Positions 11,882 through 23,594 are shown, counted from the first letter of the stretch. The stretch: 26,855 nucleotides of DNA from Tubiluchus corallicola (GCA_030141605.1 JAQGDQ010001751.1:1-26855); one strand, 5' to 3'. A program made the numbers and translations. Notes: generated from the letters alone by a model not told the origin.

Positions 11882-12362
11882 AGATTCGAGGCTACAGTTT
11901 CGACGAGGGCACCATTTGCGGCGATCTATACATCAAACGAAAGGTCTCGATCTAGTGTCGTGCCATTAATGGATGACGTCAGAACAATGGCTTTGCGTCA
12001 GCAGTTTTCTAAGCAAAAATTGCCAAAAATAGAACATCTAATTAACTCGTCGATACTCCTTTTGGTGGACCTGTCCTAACATATAGCCTACACCATCGTG
12101 TAGCCCTGTTCTTCCTCTTTCTAAAGAGCAATATATCTCCTTCCGAGAGTCCCACCAGGCGCCGCTAGAGGTTTCCCCCCCCCCCCCGTTCCTCCTGGTG
12201 GGCCCAATTCGAAAAATAAACCCACAATGGCACGACACTAGATCGAGACCTTTCGTATGATGTATAGATCGTCGCTAATGGTGCCGTTGTCTGAGCTGTA
12301 GCCTCGAATCTTATATATATATATATATATATATAACATACCAAGAGAATTAATATATACGA
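11436..12362. mobile_element. Rearranged cluster of three partial copies of one non-autonomous Helitron-like element
   Basis: 3' signature: palindrome CGCAAAAATTTTTGCG (11773-11788), then CTAG|T (11798-11802). 11441-11655 is an inverted copy of 11969-12169, and 11802-11967 is an inverted copy of 12226-12362; both of the latter begin with TC. Confidence 0.75.
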
Positions 12363-12519
12363 TTTCACGTCAATTGAACAATCAATTGCATTGATGCGTT
12401 TATTTCTAAGTGTATTGTCCTCACTCGACAGTCTTGGGGTAAAAGAAGCTTGCCTGTCACAATGGTATTATTACTACTATCACAATTACTATTTCTAGAT
12501 TGTTCGATTCATTGTTTAC

Positions 12520-13100
12520 TTAACAATGGACATTCTTTAAAAAAGTCCAAAATCTGCATCGTTCATCAGGAACTTTAATTTCTTACAATACTTGATGTTA
12601 CTGAATTTAATAATGTTTGGAGGTGAGGAATTTTTCTTTCATTCTGCATTCTTACGTCAATTATATATATATATTTATCTCCGCATATGAACGATAAAAT
12701 GTCGAAAGAGTTCGAGCTGATGAGAGGCTTACGATAGACTTGCCACTTCAATAATGTTTGAAGCAGGCCTTACATAATATCTTTATCTTTTTGATAATAT
12801 CATTATAAATGCGGAATTGCCCTGAATTTAGGCAAAACAGCAAAAAGTTTGTAGAACAAGTCGGCATTTTAATGATCTTATAACTTCTTTCTTGGTATAA
12901 TCATCATTTATTATTTGAATGTACATTAGTAAACCAAGCCATAAGAAATGATTTTATTAGTACTCTGCCTACGTTAGATTTAGAATATGTTTTCTCTATC
13001 CGGGATAATAATGCTATAAATGCTTTTGCAAATCTTTTCTCGGATAAATTCCTATCGTCTTTCGCCTGTATATAAACAGTCTGTTGGTGATGAAATGTTA
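12520..13100 (-). mobile_element. Highly degenerate non-LTR retrotransposon RT C-terminal relic (RTEX-like, tentative)
   Basis: Broken frames give VGRVLIKSF, IIKMPTCSTNFLL..SGQFRIYNDIIKK, C..SNIIEVA and SNIKY, in an order resembling the post-RT region of such elements. Many stops; recognised from memory only. Confidence 0.3.
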
Positions 13101-13544
13101 CCACTCTCGTTGTGTTTTCTATATGCTGTTTTGTTTTTATTTATGATTATGTGAATTTACATTAGAATTGGTAATTATGTTTATTATAATTGTACTCGCT
13201 GTTTTTCATTGTGTATAATGTGTGTAAATTTTTGTTACTAAGTATTAAAATATGTTCGTTATCGTTTAGTATGTATGTATGTAGTGTTGGATTATAATTT
13301 GTAACAATGTCTATTGTATATGATCGTTGTCGTTCAATGTGTCTCATACGTTGGATTCTAAGTCATATATATATGTGAATAGGTTTAATACGTTGTAAAT
13401 GCTTTTGGAAATTTCAAACATATCCCTACAAATAGAGGGAATGTATTCTTTACATAGTTTCTAAAAATAAATAATAATAATAATAATAATTGGTATAATT
13501 ACTATTGCTGTTTCTTTTTCAGAAAAATTACTACGATAGCCTTA

Positions 13545-13689
13545 ATGTTCTCTAAATTAGCTGGCGCAGTTTTTATGCTGTACATCACGTGTTGCTTCGA
13601 AGCATGTCTATCAATCGACACAATGACAAAATTTTCAAGAGACGGTGCTGTACCTTTCCTCAAATTTGCAAAACGTTCCATAGATAATG
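13545..13689 (+). CDS. First coding exon of a secreted, neuropeptide-precursor-like protein
   Basis: Acceptor TGTTTCTTTTTCAG| (exon starts 13523), ATG at 13545, MFSKLAGAVFMLYITCCFEACLS (signal-peptide-like) then IDTMTKFSRDGAVPFLKFAKRSIDN, and donor G|GTAAGC at 13690 (phase 1). Confidence 0.6.
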
Positions 13690-13804
13690 GTAAGCAACAG
13701 TAAAGAAGTTGCTAAACAAATGCAATTGACAGATTAGGAACCTCACATTGAAAACGCTGGCACAACACGATTTTACTGTTAAAGAGACAGGACAGTGACT
13801 AACT

Positions 13805-14232
13805 TACCGTATTTTCCCATGTATAAGAGACCCTTTTTTGCTCAGAATTTTCACTTTAAAAATAGGGGGTCTCTTATACATGGGAGTAAGCCAACCCTTG
13901 GAGAAGTCTGCAGCTGGGTCCTCAAGGCATGGAATGGTGTAAAGCCAGAGGTCATTATTAAACCTTTCAAGAAGTGTGGCATCTTCAATGCCATGGACGG
14001 CACAGAGGACAATGCCATTTTTGAGCAGAGTGACTCCTCTGATGATGAACTGGCTGGAATTGCTGAAGGTCTGACTCCAGTTGATATTTTTGATGAGAGT
14101 GATGAGGAATTTAATGATTTCTATAATGAATAAAGTTATTCATTCCCAAAAAACTTTTTTCCAGAATTTTTGCCTAAAAATTGAAGGGGTCTCTTATACA
14201 CAAGGGTCTCTTATACATGGGAAAATACGGTA
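13805..14232 (+). mobile_element. Internally deleted pogo/Tigger-type (Tc1/mariner superfamily) element
   Basis: TA TSD at 13805-13806 and 14231-14232; perfect 27 bp TIR CCGTATTTTCCCATGTATAAGAGACCC. Retains the pogo transposase C-terminus KPTLGEVCSWVLKAWNGVKPEVIIKPFKKCGIFNAMDGTED plus an acidic tail. Confidence 0.95.
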
Positions 14233-14576
14233 GCTTTAAATAAGAATGTTATTTTTCTGATTTATGGGCCTACCATGGGTTAGTTTTTTTTTTTTATTGA
14301 AAGCAGTCTACGAATTTTCCTGGAATTTAATGTTTTCTACATCCTGTCTATTTTTACTACTATAAAATTTGTATTGTAACTTGTATTGTAATTTGTATTG
14401 TATCGTAATTGTTCTTATAAAGTCTTGTAACACCTGTCTCTCATTGGTGCCTAAGCTTTTATATGCAGCAGTATGTAATGTTGAAAGAACGTTTCCAATT
14501 TCTGCTACTGTTGTGGTTGCTGTATATAGCTGTCACTGCTGCTGTCACCGTCGTTGTTGTCGTCATTGTTTTTCAG

Positions 14577-14707
14577 CAAACACAGAACATTCTAAGAACG
14601 TTAGAATCTCAACAATAGATAAACATCCTTTTCAACAGTTCTTTGTCAAATGTGCTTATGATGTTCTGAAAGCATTTTTAAAATGCTTATGTTCTAAAAG
14701 GTGCGCG
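14577..14707 (+). CDS. Candidate second coding exon of the secreted precursor
   Basis: Acceptor TTGTTTTTCAG|, phase 1 compatible with the 13689 donor. Open frame ANTEHSKNVRISTIDKHPFQQFFVKCAYDVLKAFLKCLCSKRCA, donor GCG|GTAAGT. The donor overlaps the start of a repeat array, which weakens it. Confidence 0.35.
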
Positions 14708-15045
14708 GTAAGTTTGATACAAGCAAATTTGGTACGGCTAAGATTGATACTGGTAATTTTAGTACGAGGAAATTTTGGTACAGGAAAATTTGGTACTAAG
14801 AATTTTTGGTACGTGGCAGTTTTGGTACTGGGAAATTTGGTACAAGGTCATTTTGGTCCTGGGAAAAATTGGTACAGAGAAAATAGGTACTGGTAAATAT
14901 GGTAATAACGAAGTTTTGTCAGGCATTTTTGGTACGAGTAAATATGGTACAAGGAAAAAATGGCACAAAAAAAGTTTGGTACTAGAAAGTTTAGTACTGG
15001 GAAAATTCAGTACAAAGAAGGTTTGGTACAAGGAAAGTTTGGTTT
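14700..15045 (+). repeat. Degenerate 15-16 bp tandem array (GGTAC(T)AGGAAAATTT), left arm of a foldback-type element
   Basis: Repeated TTTGGTAC cores about 15-16 bp apart; the inverted counterpart is at ~16935-17288. Confidence 0.8.
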
Positions 15046-15089
15046 GACAAAAACATTTTATATAATCTACGCGAACAAGTTATAGCTTC

Positions 15090-15560
15090 TCCTATTGTTG
15101 TTTGTATTTATTTGTTTTTTGTTTACTTTCTCTTTTTTTGTCTCTTGTTTGTTACTTGTCATTGGTGTTGTTGTTTGTCTGTTTCTTGCTCGCTGTTTTG
15201 TTGCGATTATTACAACCGGCACCATCATCATCATCATTATTGCTGTCATCATGTTGTTGCTGTTGCAGTTGTTATTGTTGTTGCTGCTGTTAACATTATT
15301 AGCAGTGAACATAATAATTATCATTACCATCACCACTGTTACTGTTCCTGCTGCCAATGATAATGATGAGTGATTAAAGTAGGTGATGACAATAATATTG
15401 ATGATGACACGATGATGATAGTGATGATTACAATAAAGATGACTATGATAACAGGGACGATTGTGGCAAACATGACTCTTATGATGATGGTGACAGCGAT
15501 GGCAATTGTAGCAAAATCCAGAATGACACTTATTACCACCGCATACAGTAGTTACTGCTG
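15090..15560. repeat. Low-complexity region of degenerate GTT/CAT/GAT triplets
   Basis: Directly visible; explains several overlapping low-complexity ORFs. Confidence 0.8.
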
Positions 15561-16023
15561 GCATTACACTAATTGTGGGACATTTGCGGTGACTTTGATA
15601 ATTCCAATGATTTTTTATTCAATTCCGATTTTATGCAAAATGCTTTTACGGGGCTTGGCTAGTGAAATACTCTCCTTTCAAATTCGGCAAAACTTTGCAA
15701 AGCTCAAATATTAGTAGCATTTCTTACTGCAGTAATATTTTTACTTTTATCTGTCTGAGTATTCGTTTAAAAAGCAATAATTTACCGGTGCCTTTGTCAT
15801 TATGGTAATTAATAAAATACAGCCGGGCGGATGGACACGCAGATTACTTGCTTAAAACAGGCAATTGAACATTATTTTGTTGCTTAATTGTTTCTAACAG
15901 TGTAGTAATTCAGTGAACATCAAAACTATTATATACATTACATAACTGCTTGATTTCAGAAATTTTATTAATTATGTCTTACTGGCACAATGTTTTTTGC
16001 AACAGCTCTTGGAAAAGTTCAAT

Positions 16024-16616
<593 letters not shown>

Positions 16617-16934
16617 GAAGTGCAGTTCTCACTCTACAAGAACTCTGTGTACTGTAGCTCTCACGGGAAAGCAAACTATTATGCACGACATTCCTGTCCA
16701 GTGACGCCATTAGCCATCACAGCCATGCTCTAATCTTAGTTTGATAATTTTTGTGAGAAAACAGAGAAAGTGATCCTTTTCCCAAGAAAACAAGTTGACT
16801 GACCTTTTCGGAAAATTTGCACAGAGCGTTTGAGGCGTTTTACTTTTTCCTGAAAGAATTCTCAAATGTATCTTTATGGACGGGATAAAATTTCAGCTGC
16901 CATGCACTATTAATTACAATATAATATTTTTCTA

Positions 16935-17288
16935 TCAAACTTTTCTAGTGCCACATTTCCTCTATGCTGAAGAAACTTCTTTATTTTCTAGATGAAACAA
17001 TTATTTATACTGAGATATAGAAATGCTCTCTTTTTCGTTTAGTGCCAAATTTTCCAGTATCGAACTTTCCTAGCACCAAATTTTCCTCGTACCATATTTT
17101 CCTAGTACCAAATCTTCTTTGTACCAAAGCTTTCCTAGTACCCAAAATTCCTTGTACCATAAAATAATAGTACCAATTTTACCTGTACCAAAATTACCGC
17201 ATACCAAACTTTCCTACTACCAGAATTTCCTTGGACTAAAATTATACTTACCTGTATCAAACTTATCTGTACAAAACTTACCTGTACC
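16935..17288 (-). repeat. Inverted 15-16 bp tandem array (AAATTTTCCTAGTACC), right arm of the foldback-type element
   Basis: The reverse complement of the outer end, GGTACAGGTAAGTTTTGTACAGATAAGTTTGATAC, resembles the left-arm start GGTGCGCGGTAAGTTTGATAC; AA flanks both ends. Confidence 0.75.
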
Positions 17289-17940
17289 AAGCATTTCTTA
17301 CATTTCCTCGAAAAAAGGTTCATACGAATGATTCAAAAATGTTTCGTGAATGATGACAAATTTGATGCAATTTGACATGAAACAAATCAGCTCTCAATGT
17401 CAAGGCCATTTGACGTTGATTGTAGTGTTAAATGGTTACCCTTTGAATAAGATACTAAATTGTCAGAAGATTGGCTGGCATAGTTATCTGTAAATTCACA
17501 AATCAACCTCCTTCAAGTTTAAGGAAGTACCAAGTAAAGGGGTAAACAGAAAACGGCAGATGAAGAAGTTTTGCCTATGGTACTATGAGGCCCTTACAGG
17601 CCGAGCTCAATATTTTTTCTTCAGCTTTTAAACTGACAGCATCACTTTCCTTACCCCAGTGTAAGTGAGAAGACATATTTACAACTTATAGTATCAGACT
17701 AAAACCATAAATGTGTTTTTCAGTAGTTTGTAATCTCAGTTACAGAGTTCTCTGGTGAGACAAGAATTAGTGGTGGCAACGACGTTATAGGAAGAGAATT
17801 CCCGTTTCAGGTAATTTCTCTTGTATCATCCTTGTCACAAAAAGTAGGAGTATCATGACAGTCAGGAAGGAATGTCAGTAAGAGTAAAAATATGCTGTTG
17901 TTGTTATTACTGTTGCTACCATTGCTTCTGTTTGTTGAGG

Positions 17941-19325
17941 CACTCTTGTTAAAAACCGGCAGAATTATGACACTATTGTTAAAAACCGGAAGAATTATTA
18001 CACTATTGTTAAAAACCGGAAGAATTATGACACTCTTATTAAAAACCGGCAGAATTATGACACCCTTATTAAAAACCGGCAGAATTATTACACTATTGTT
18101 AATAACCAGCAGAATTATGACACTCTTATTAAAAACCGGCAAAATTATTACACTATTGTTAAAAACCGGTAGAATTATGACACCCTTATTAAAAACCAGT
18201 AGGATTATGACACTATTATTAAAAACCGGTAGAATTATGACACTATTATTAAAAACCGGCAGAATTATGACACTCTTATTAAAAACCGGCAGAATTATTA
18301 CACTATTGTTAAAAACCGGCAGAATTATGACACTATTATTAAAAACCGGCAGAATTATTACACTATTATTAAAAACCGGTAGAATTATGACACCCTTATT
18401 AAAAACCAGTAGGATTATGACACTATTATTAAAAACCGGTAGAATTATGACACTGTTATTAAAAACCGGTAGAATTATGACACTATTATTAAAAACCGGC
18501 AGAATTATTACACTATTGTTAAAAACCGGCAGAATTATGACACTATTATTAAAAACCGGCAGAATTATGACACTATTATTAAAAACCGGTAGAATTATGA
18601 CACCCTTATTAAAAACCAGTAGGATTATGACACTATTATTAAAAACCGGTAGAATTATGACACCCTTATTAAAAACCGGCAGAATTATGACACTCTTATT
18701 AAAAACCGGCAGAATTATTACACTATTGTTAAAAACCGGCAGAATTATGACACTCTTATTAAAAACCGACAGAATTATTACACTATTATTAAAAACCGGT
18801 AGAGTTATGACACCCTTATTAAAAACCAGTAGGATTATGACACTATTATTTAAAACCGGTAGAATTATGACACTGTTATTAAAAAACGGCAGAATTATTA
18901 CACTATTATTAAAAAACGGAAGAATTATGACACTATTATTAAAAACCGGTAGAATTATGACACTATTATTAAAAACCGGCAGAATTATTACACTATTATT
19001 AAAAACCGGCAGAATTATGACACTCTTATTAAAAACCGGTAGAATTATGACACTATTATTAAAAACCGGCAGAATTATGACACTATTATTAAAAACCGGT
19101 AGAATTATGACACTCTTATTAAAAGTCGGTAGAATTATGACACTATTATTAAAAACTGGCAGAATTATGACACTCTTATTAAAAACCGGTAGAATTATGA
19201 CACTCTTATTAAAAACCGGTAGAATTATGACACTATTATTAAAAACCGGTAGAATTATGACACTATTATTAAAAACCGGTAGAATTATGACACTATTATT
19301 AAAAACCGCGTAATTATGACACTCT
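17941..19325. repeat. 30 bp minisatellite, 46 units, consensus CACTATTATTAAAAACCGGYAGAATTATGA
   Basis: Exact 30 bp register across 23 lines of 60 bp, with no indel until the last unit. Confidence 0.98.
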
Positions 19326-19989
19326 ATGTAAGTGTAAGAATTGTTCAGAGAGGTACTTTTGTGAAGCTAACAAATTAATTGTGAGCGTCAAAAGCGCTTA
19401 AGGACTAAATCTTGTAAGATATACTTAAGCAGTAATTATTGTAAATCAATAAAACAATTCTCTTGGACATTTAACAATTGAGTTAATGTATATTATCAGT
19501 GTTTAACTCAAGCAACACTATTTCCGATATACGAATCTGATTAGTTCGCTTTGTATTAACTATCGTCCATATTGCGGGGACACAGCTAGGAAACTTGAGA
19601 GATATAGACCTTTCTCACAACGCGAAGGTCAAGGTGAAGTTTAGATAAGACGATCATTGCTTACTAGACTGATATCCAAAGCTCTCGGAGTCAGGTGAAG
19701 GATTCACCTTATAGCATTTAGGAGTTAAGCGAACGTATTAAAATTCAATCTATACGATACATAGATTTAAGTCACCTTACCACTATACGATCTAGATTAA
19801 CAGCAACATTAGGCATTTGAAAATTAGAAGGTGATACTTACGTTGTAAATACACAGGGCCTCTAGCTAAGAAGACACTGTGCTGCCATCTCTTCGCAAAA
19901 ACCAAAATTACATTTTTGTCTGATTTTCTAGTAAACTTTTCTATGTTTACAGTCATATAATCTGTTGTTAAGTTAAGGTAAAATTAACT

Positions 19990-20225
19990 GAACCAATAAG
20001 CTTACGTTACGCCAAGATACGACCAATCAACTGCTGGTGTTGATGCACCAATGAACACATGTGGGCGTGAGTATTCAGAGGCAGTAACTTATGGGCGTGG
20101 TTTCTTTAACATATTTAACCGCAAAAGGAGCGCTGCTTACTTCTCAACACTGTAAACTCAACACTGCGCAAAAATTGCTGTGAATAAAACACTGTCTTGA
20201 TCTTTTCATTTTTAATCTGCACAGG
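19990..20225 (+). promoter_or_regulatory. Promoter-like cluster: three CCAAT boxes, two GGGCGTG boxes, TATA-like element
   Basis: CCAAT at 19993, 20023 and 20048; GGGCGTG at ~20063 and 20093; TATTTAA at 20112; possible donor CAG|GTAATA at ~20225. Confidence 0.45.
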
Positions 20226-20543
20226 TAATACAGAAGTCAGGTTTTGCAAAATTATTTTTGTAAATGTGAGTTTCTCACCTTATTTGGTGCAAATATCTCG
20301 TGAGTTGATTTTAATGGCATTTCACTATACTTTTGTTGTGTTAATATTTTCTGAATTTCATCTAATTTCTTATGTGCAATATGTGAATTTTTGTGGGTAA
20401 CAGAGCATTCAACGTTTTTGTGAAATATTTATGAACCAAGTGAATTGGATATTAACTGAGCGCCGATGTGAATAAAATGTCGATGCAGCATTCTTTTGCT
20501 TTTTCTAACGGTAAGGTCAACTTGCTGAATTACCCCTAAAAAA

Positions 20544-21468
20544 TGCAAGAAAACGTTTTTTGGTGTTAGACCAAATTAGACCAAAATTTTATGCACTGTA
20601 AAGGGATTAATTGTGACGTTAAAAATATGCCACCATTTTTTCCAAAATTAATAGGTAGGATTTAGTCCAGGATGATGAAAAAATGCTCACATTGATTCAA
20701 AAGCATGAAATTTTTGCACAGTGCCAGAGCTCATTAAGTTAATTAATTTTCATTATTGAGTCAATTGATTTTTTTCAATGGCTGCAAGTTTCGAGATGGC
20801 TGGCAATATGTCTGCTGCTAGCTTATAAGGGTAATATCTTGACTGTCAGAACATACATGATAATGTTTTGGTGTCATAAGTTATAAGTTTATTTATTTCC
20901 ACTCTGCATTTAACAGTTATAATAAAAGTACAGATAATTTCACTGAAGTAAATATAAATATAAATACAATATTCTCCAGAAATTACAAAAGATGTTCTTA
21001 TGCAGCATATACATGTGCAAATTACATTACAGAATAATTTTGATGCATACAGTTTGAGCCTAAAAGCATAGCTTGACAGGCCAAACTGTACGTGGAAATC
21101 TTAAAGAAGTGATTAATAATTGAAATAATGATAATATATACATAAAGGTGTCGGGGAGTAGTGAATGAGAGATGAAATGGAGTGAGAAAGATGAAATGGA
21201 GCGATAACTAGTCCATATATAGGTTCTCAAGAAATCCACATCTGATGCTTGAATGCCCCTATAATACCACTCCAAGATGGCGGCTAAGATGGCGGCAAAC
21301 TTTGCACAAAATAACGGAATTGGTCATTATAGTCAAATAGCAGCCATCTTTTTTGACGTCATAATGGACCCTTCGCAGTGATCAAATTTCGGCCTAATTT
21401 GGTATGATATTCTCTGTACAAATATTACCAGAATTTACCAAATATTAACACAAAAGCGTTTTCTTGTA
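20544..21468. mobile_element. Old non-autonomous DNA element with long degenerate inverted repeats, interrupted by a LINE 3' fragment
   Basis: 20546-20640 aligns to the reverse complement of ~21335-21466 (CAAGAAAACG..GTGTTA, ACCAAATTAG.CC.AAATTT..CACTG.AAGGG, TGACGT.AAAAA). Internal AAGATGGCGGC motifs. Confidence 0.65.
20878..21268 (-). mobile_element. LINE 3' fragment (L2/CR1 group)
   Basis: Minus strand: YYRGIQ..FLRTYI remnant, long stem-loop at 21046-21092, then AAATAAATAAAC and a (TTATAAC)-like tail at ~20878-20898. Confidence 0.6.
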
Positions 21469-21651
21469 ATCTTTGAGAATTAAGGCTATTTTTTCCATTA
21501 TATTGACACTACTATAAAGTGATTGAATTTCTTATTTCACTTCAATTCGAGCTGTTATCAAAAGCAAATGCCTAATGTTTCAAAGCCTGATATTCCATGC
21601 TTGCAATGTGATTCTTTATTTTTATACAATTTTGATATATGTATAAACGTC

Positions 21652-21733
<82 letters not shown>
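21652..21733. repeat. (AAT)n microsatellite
   Basis: Directly visible. Confidence 0.98.
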
Positions 21734-21734
<1 letters not shown>

Positions 21735-21744
21735 CGTAAATATT

Positions 21745-21935
21745 ACACCTCGCCAGAGGACTTATTTTGCTTGTTAATTATTTCGCCAGTCACTCTGTCG
21801 TTATACATATAAGAAATAGTCCTAAATACAGGCAGTACACATATATACAGTGTACACTTTGCCATGGCATCGTTCTGCCAGATATCATTTCTGTAGTGTA
21901 CCATTTCGTCAGATAACTGTTTTGCCAGTCTATTC
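21745..21935 (-). repeat. Degenerate TTTCGCCAGT-core tandem array, inverted relative to 23255-23545
   Basis: Recurrent TCGCCAG / TTTGCCAG / TTTCGTCAG cores. Confidence 0.55.
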
Positions 21936-22497
21936 CTTCGCTATTGCTTAAGTAGAGATGGTGTTTCAAAGTTTCCAATGAATATAACTACGTTTAGCCT
22001 CGTTTCATTGGCTGAAAATAATGGAATATTAAATAGCTTATGACTTATTGTTTTGTTTTAACAGTTTAGAAATCTTTAGCATTTGCGTTAATATTGTTTC
22101 AAAAAATGCCATTTATTAAAATTTTCTCAGGAAAACAACAAAAACCAAAAACAGGATAAAGAAAATGTCTACTGTTTATAATGTTTGTAGCTGCTGTTTG
22201 TTGTTGTTTTGTTATGACAGCGACTGTGTGGCTCGTGATTGGCATAGCAACCTACCAAAGCTTTTTAAATAAAACTGCATATTTATTAAACATAGACGCA
22301 GTATAAATAGTGAGAAAAACATGCTAACTCTCAGGCTCCCAAGTCAGATTAGCTAGAGGTGCTGGCTACAATTCCTTTTGTTTAATTACCTAGCGCACTG
22401 GGCTTCTGCGCATAGCAGTTACATTATCTATCTACAGTCGTGAAGAATCCTTCTAAATGGGTCAAGCATCACGTGGTACGCCACACCGAGGTTCTGG

Positions 22498-22593
22498 CTT
22501 GAATCTTTAATTTAATATTTAACCTTGAATCATCAAATTGATATTTTAATCTTTAATCATCAATTTGATATTTTAATCTTGAATCATCAATTT
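22498..22593. repeat. 27 bp tandem repeat CTTGAATCATCAATTTGATATTTTAAT, ~3.5 copies
   Basis: Directly visible. Confidence 0.9.
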
Positions 22594-23254
22594 AAAACAC
22601 GCACTCTTTAAACTCTGCCTTTCTCGACGTTCTCAGCAAATACTCTGTCTTTATAGAAGACAAAAAAGACGTCATATAGAGGGCACCAATGAAGTGCATA
22701 AAATTGAGATTAATATCCCAGACCCCTTGATCATAGTCACATGGGTCACAGGCACTTGAGGTCTACTATAAATGTCCCATATTTGATCAAAGTACCAAGC
22801 CTTCGTTTTGAGTTATCAATTAAAATATGTGTCATTGTGATGTAAACAATAACTCTTTAAACATGAAATTTTCTAAATGCGTTTGTATTTCCGGTGTGTA
22901 AAATATTTATCACAAATTTCTAGCTGAACAAAAACCGTCTTGCCATTTTAGCGTCATACTTCAAATTCTGTGTTTGTAAAGGAGATCAAATGGTGCGAAC
23001 TTGTCACTCTCTTATGAATTCTTCTTTGCACAATCATTTTAAATCAGTCACATTTGAAGATTTACGTGTCAAATAATACGGTAGGCAAAAGAGCACTTCA
23101 TAAATTGTATTTGTCCTATTTCTAATATTCTCTGTTGAAATAAGACTAATGAAGTTATATGCTGGCAAAATATACCACTGTTTCTATGTATGTTGTAGTA
23201 TTTCCAACATGAATTATCAAAGTGGACTGTCGTCAGAGTCAAAGTCAAAGTAAA

Positions 23255-23545
23255 ATTTGGCAGTTCTAACAGATTGGCATACCGATAATCTGGTGAAATG
23301 ATACTTTGGCAGTACGCCGCACTGGCGAAATGTGCAACTGTCTATATGTGTGATGCACAATTTCTAATATACAGTACTGAAATCAGAGTGACAAAACGAT
23401 AGATTAGAAAACGACACACTGTCCAATTGATATACAGGTAATATGGTAGACTGGCGAAACACTACACTGGAGAAGTTACAGTAAAATAACAAAAAAAGTT
23501 GGCAAAATGACAGACTGGCTAGCATTGGCAGAGCGATATACAACT
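23255..23545 (+). repeat. Degenerate CTGGCGAAAT-core tandem array
   Basis: Recurrent CTGGTGAAATG / CTGGCGAAATG / CTGGCGAAAC / TTGGCAAAATG cores. Confidence 0.6.
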
Positions 23546-23594
23546 GTTACTACCTTGGTTTGAGAACAACTTCCATATCTCAACACTCCTGTAT

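Larger units (their letters stand above)
19854..22364. mobile_element. Possible old hAT-like element defined only by imperfect TIRs
   Basis: CAGGGCCTCTAGCTAA (19854-19869) versus TTAGCTAGAGGTGCTG (22349-22364), 14/16 inverted match. No clean 8 bp TSD. Confidence 0.35.

Noticed and set aside
14650-14707. CAYDVLKAFLKCLC as an insulin B-chain
   Set aside because: Cys spacing does not match C-x11-C, there is no Gly after the first Cys, and I found no A-chain (CC-x3-C-x8-C) exon downstream.
14759-15714. Several 60-165 aa ORFs
   Set aside because: Products of the 15-16 bp array and low-complexity triplets.
17941-19325. CRISPR-like array
   Set aside because: Units are contiguous with no unique spacers, there are no cas genes, and the context is eukaryotic.
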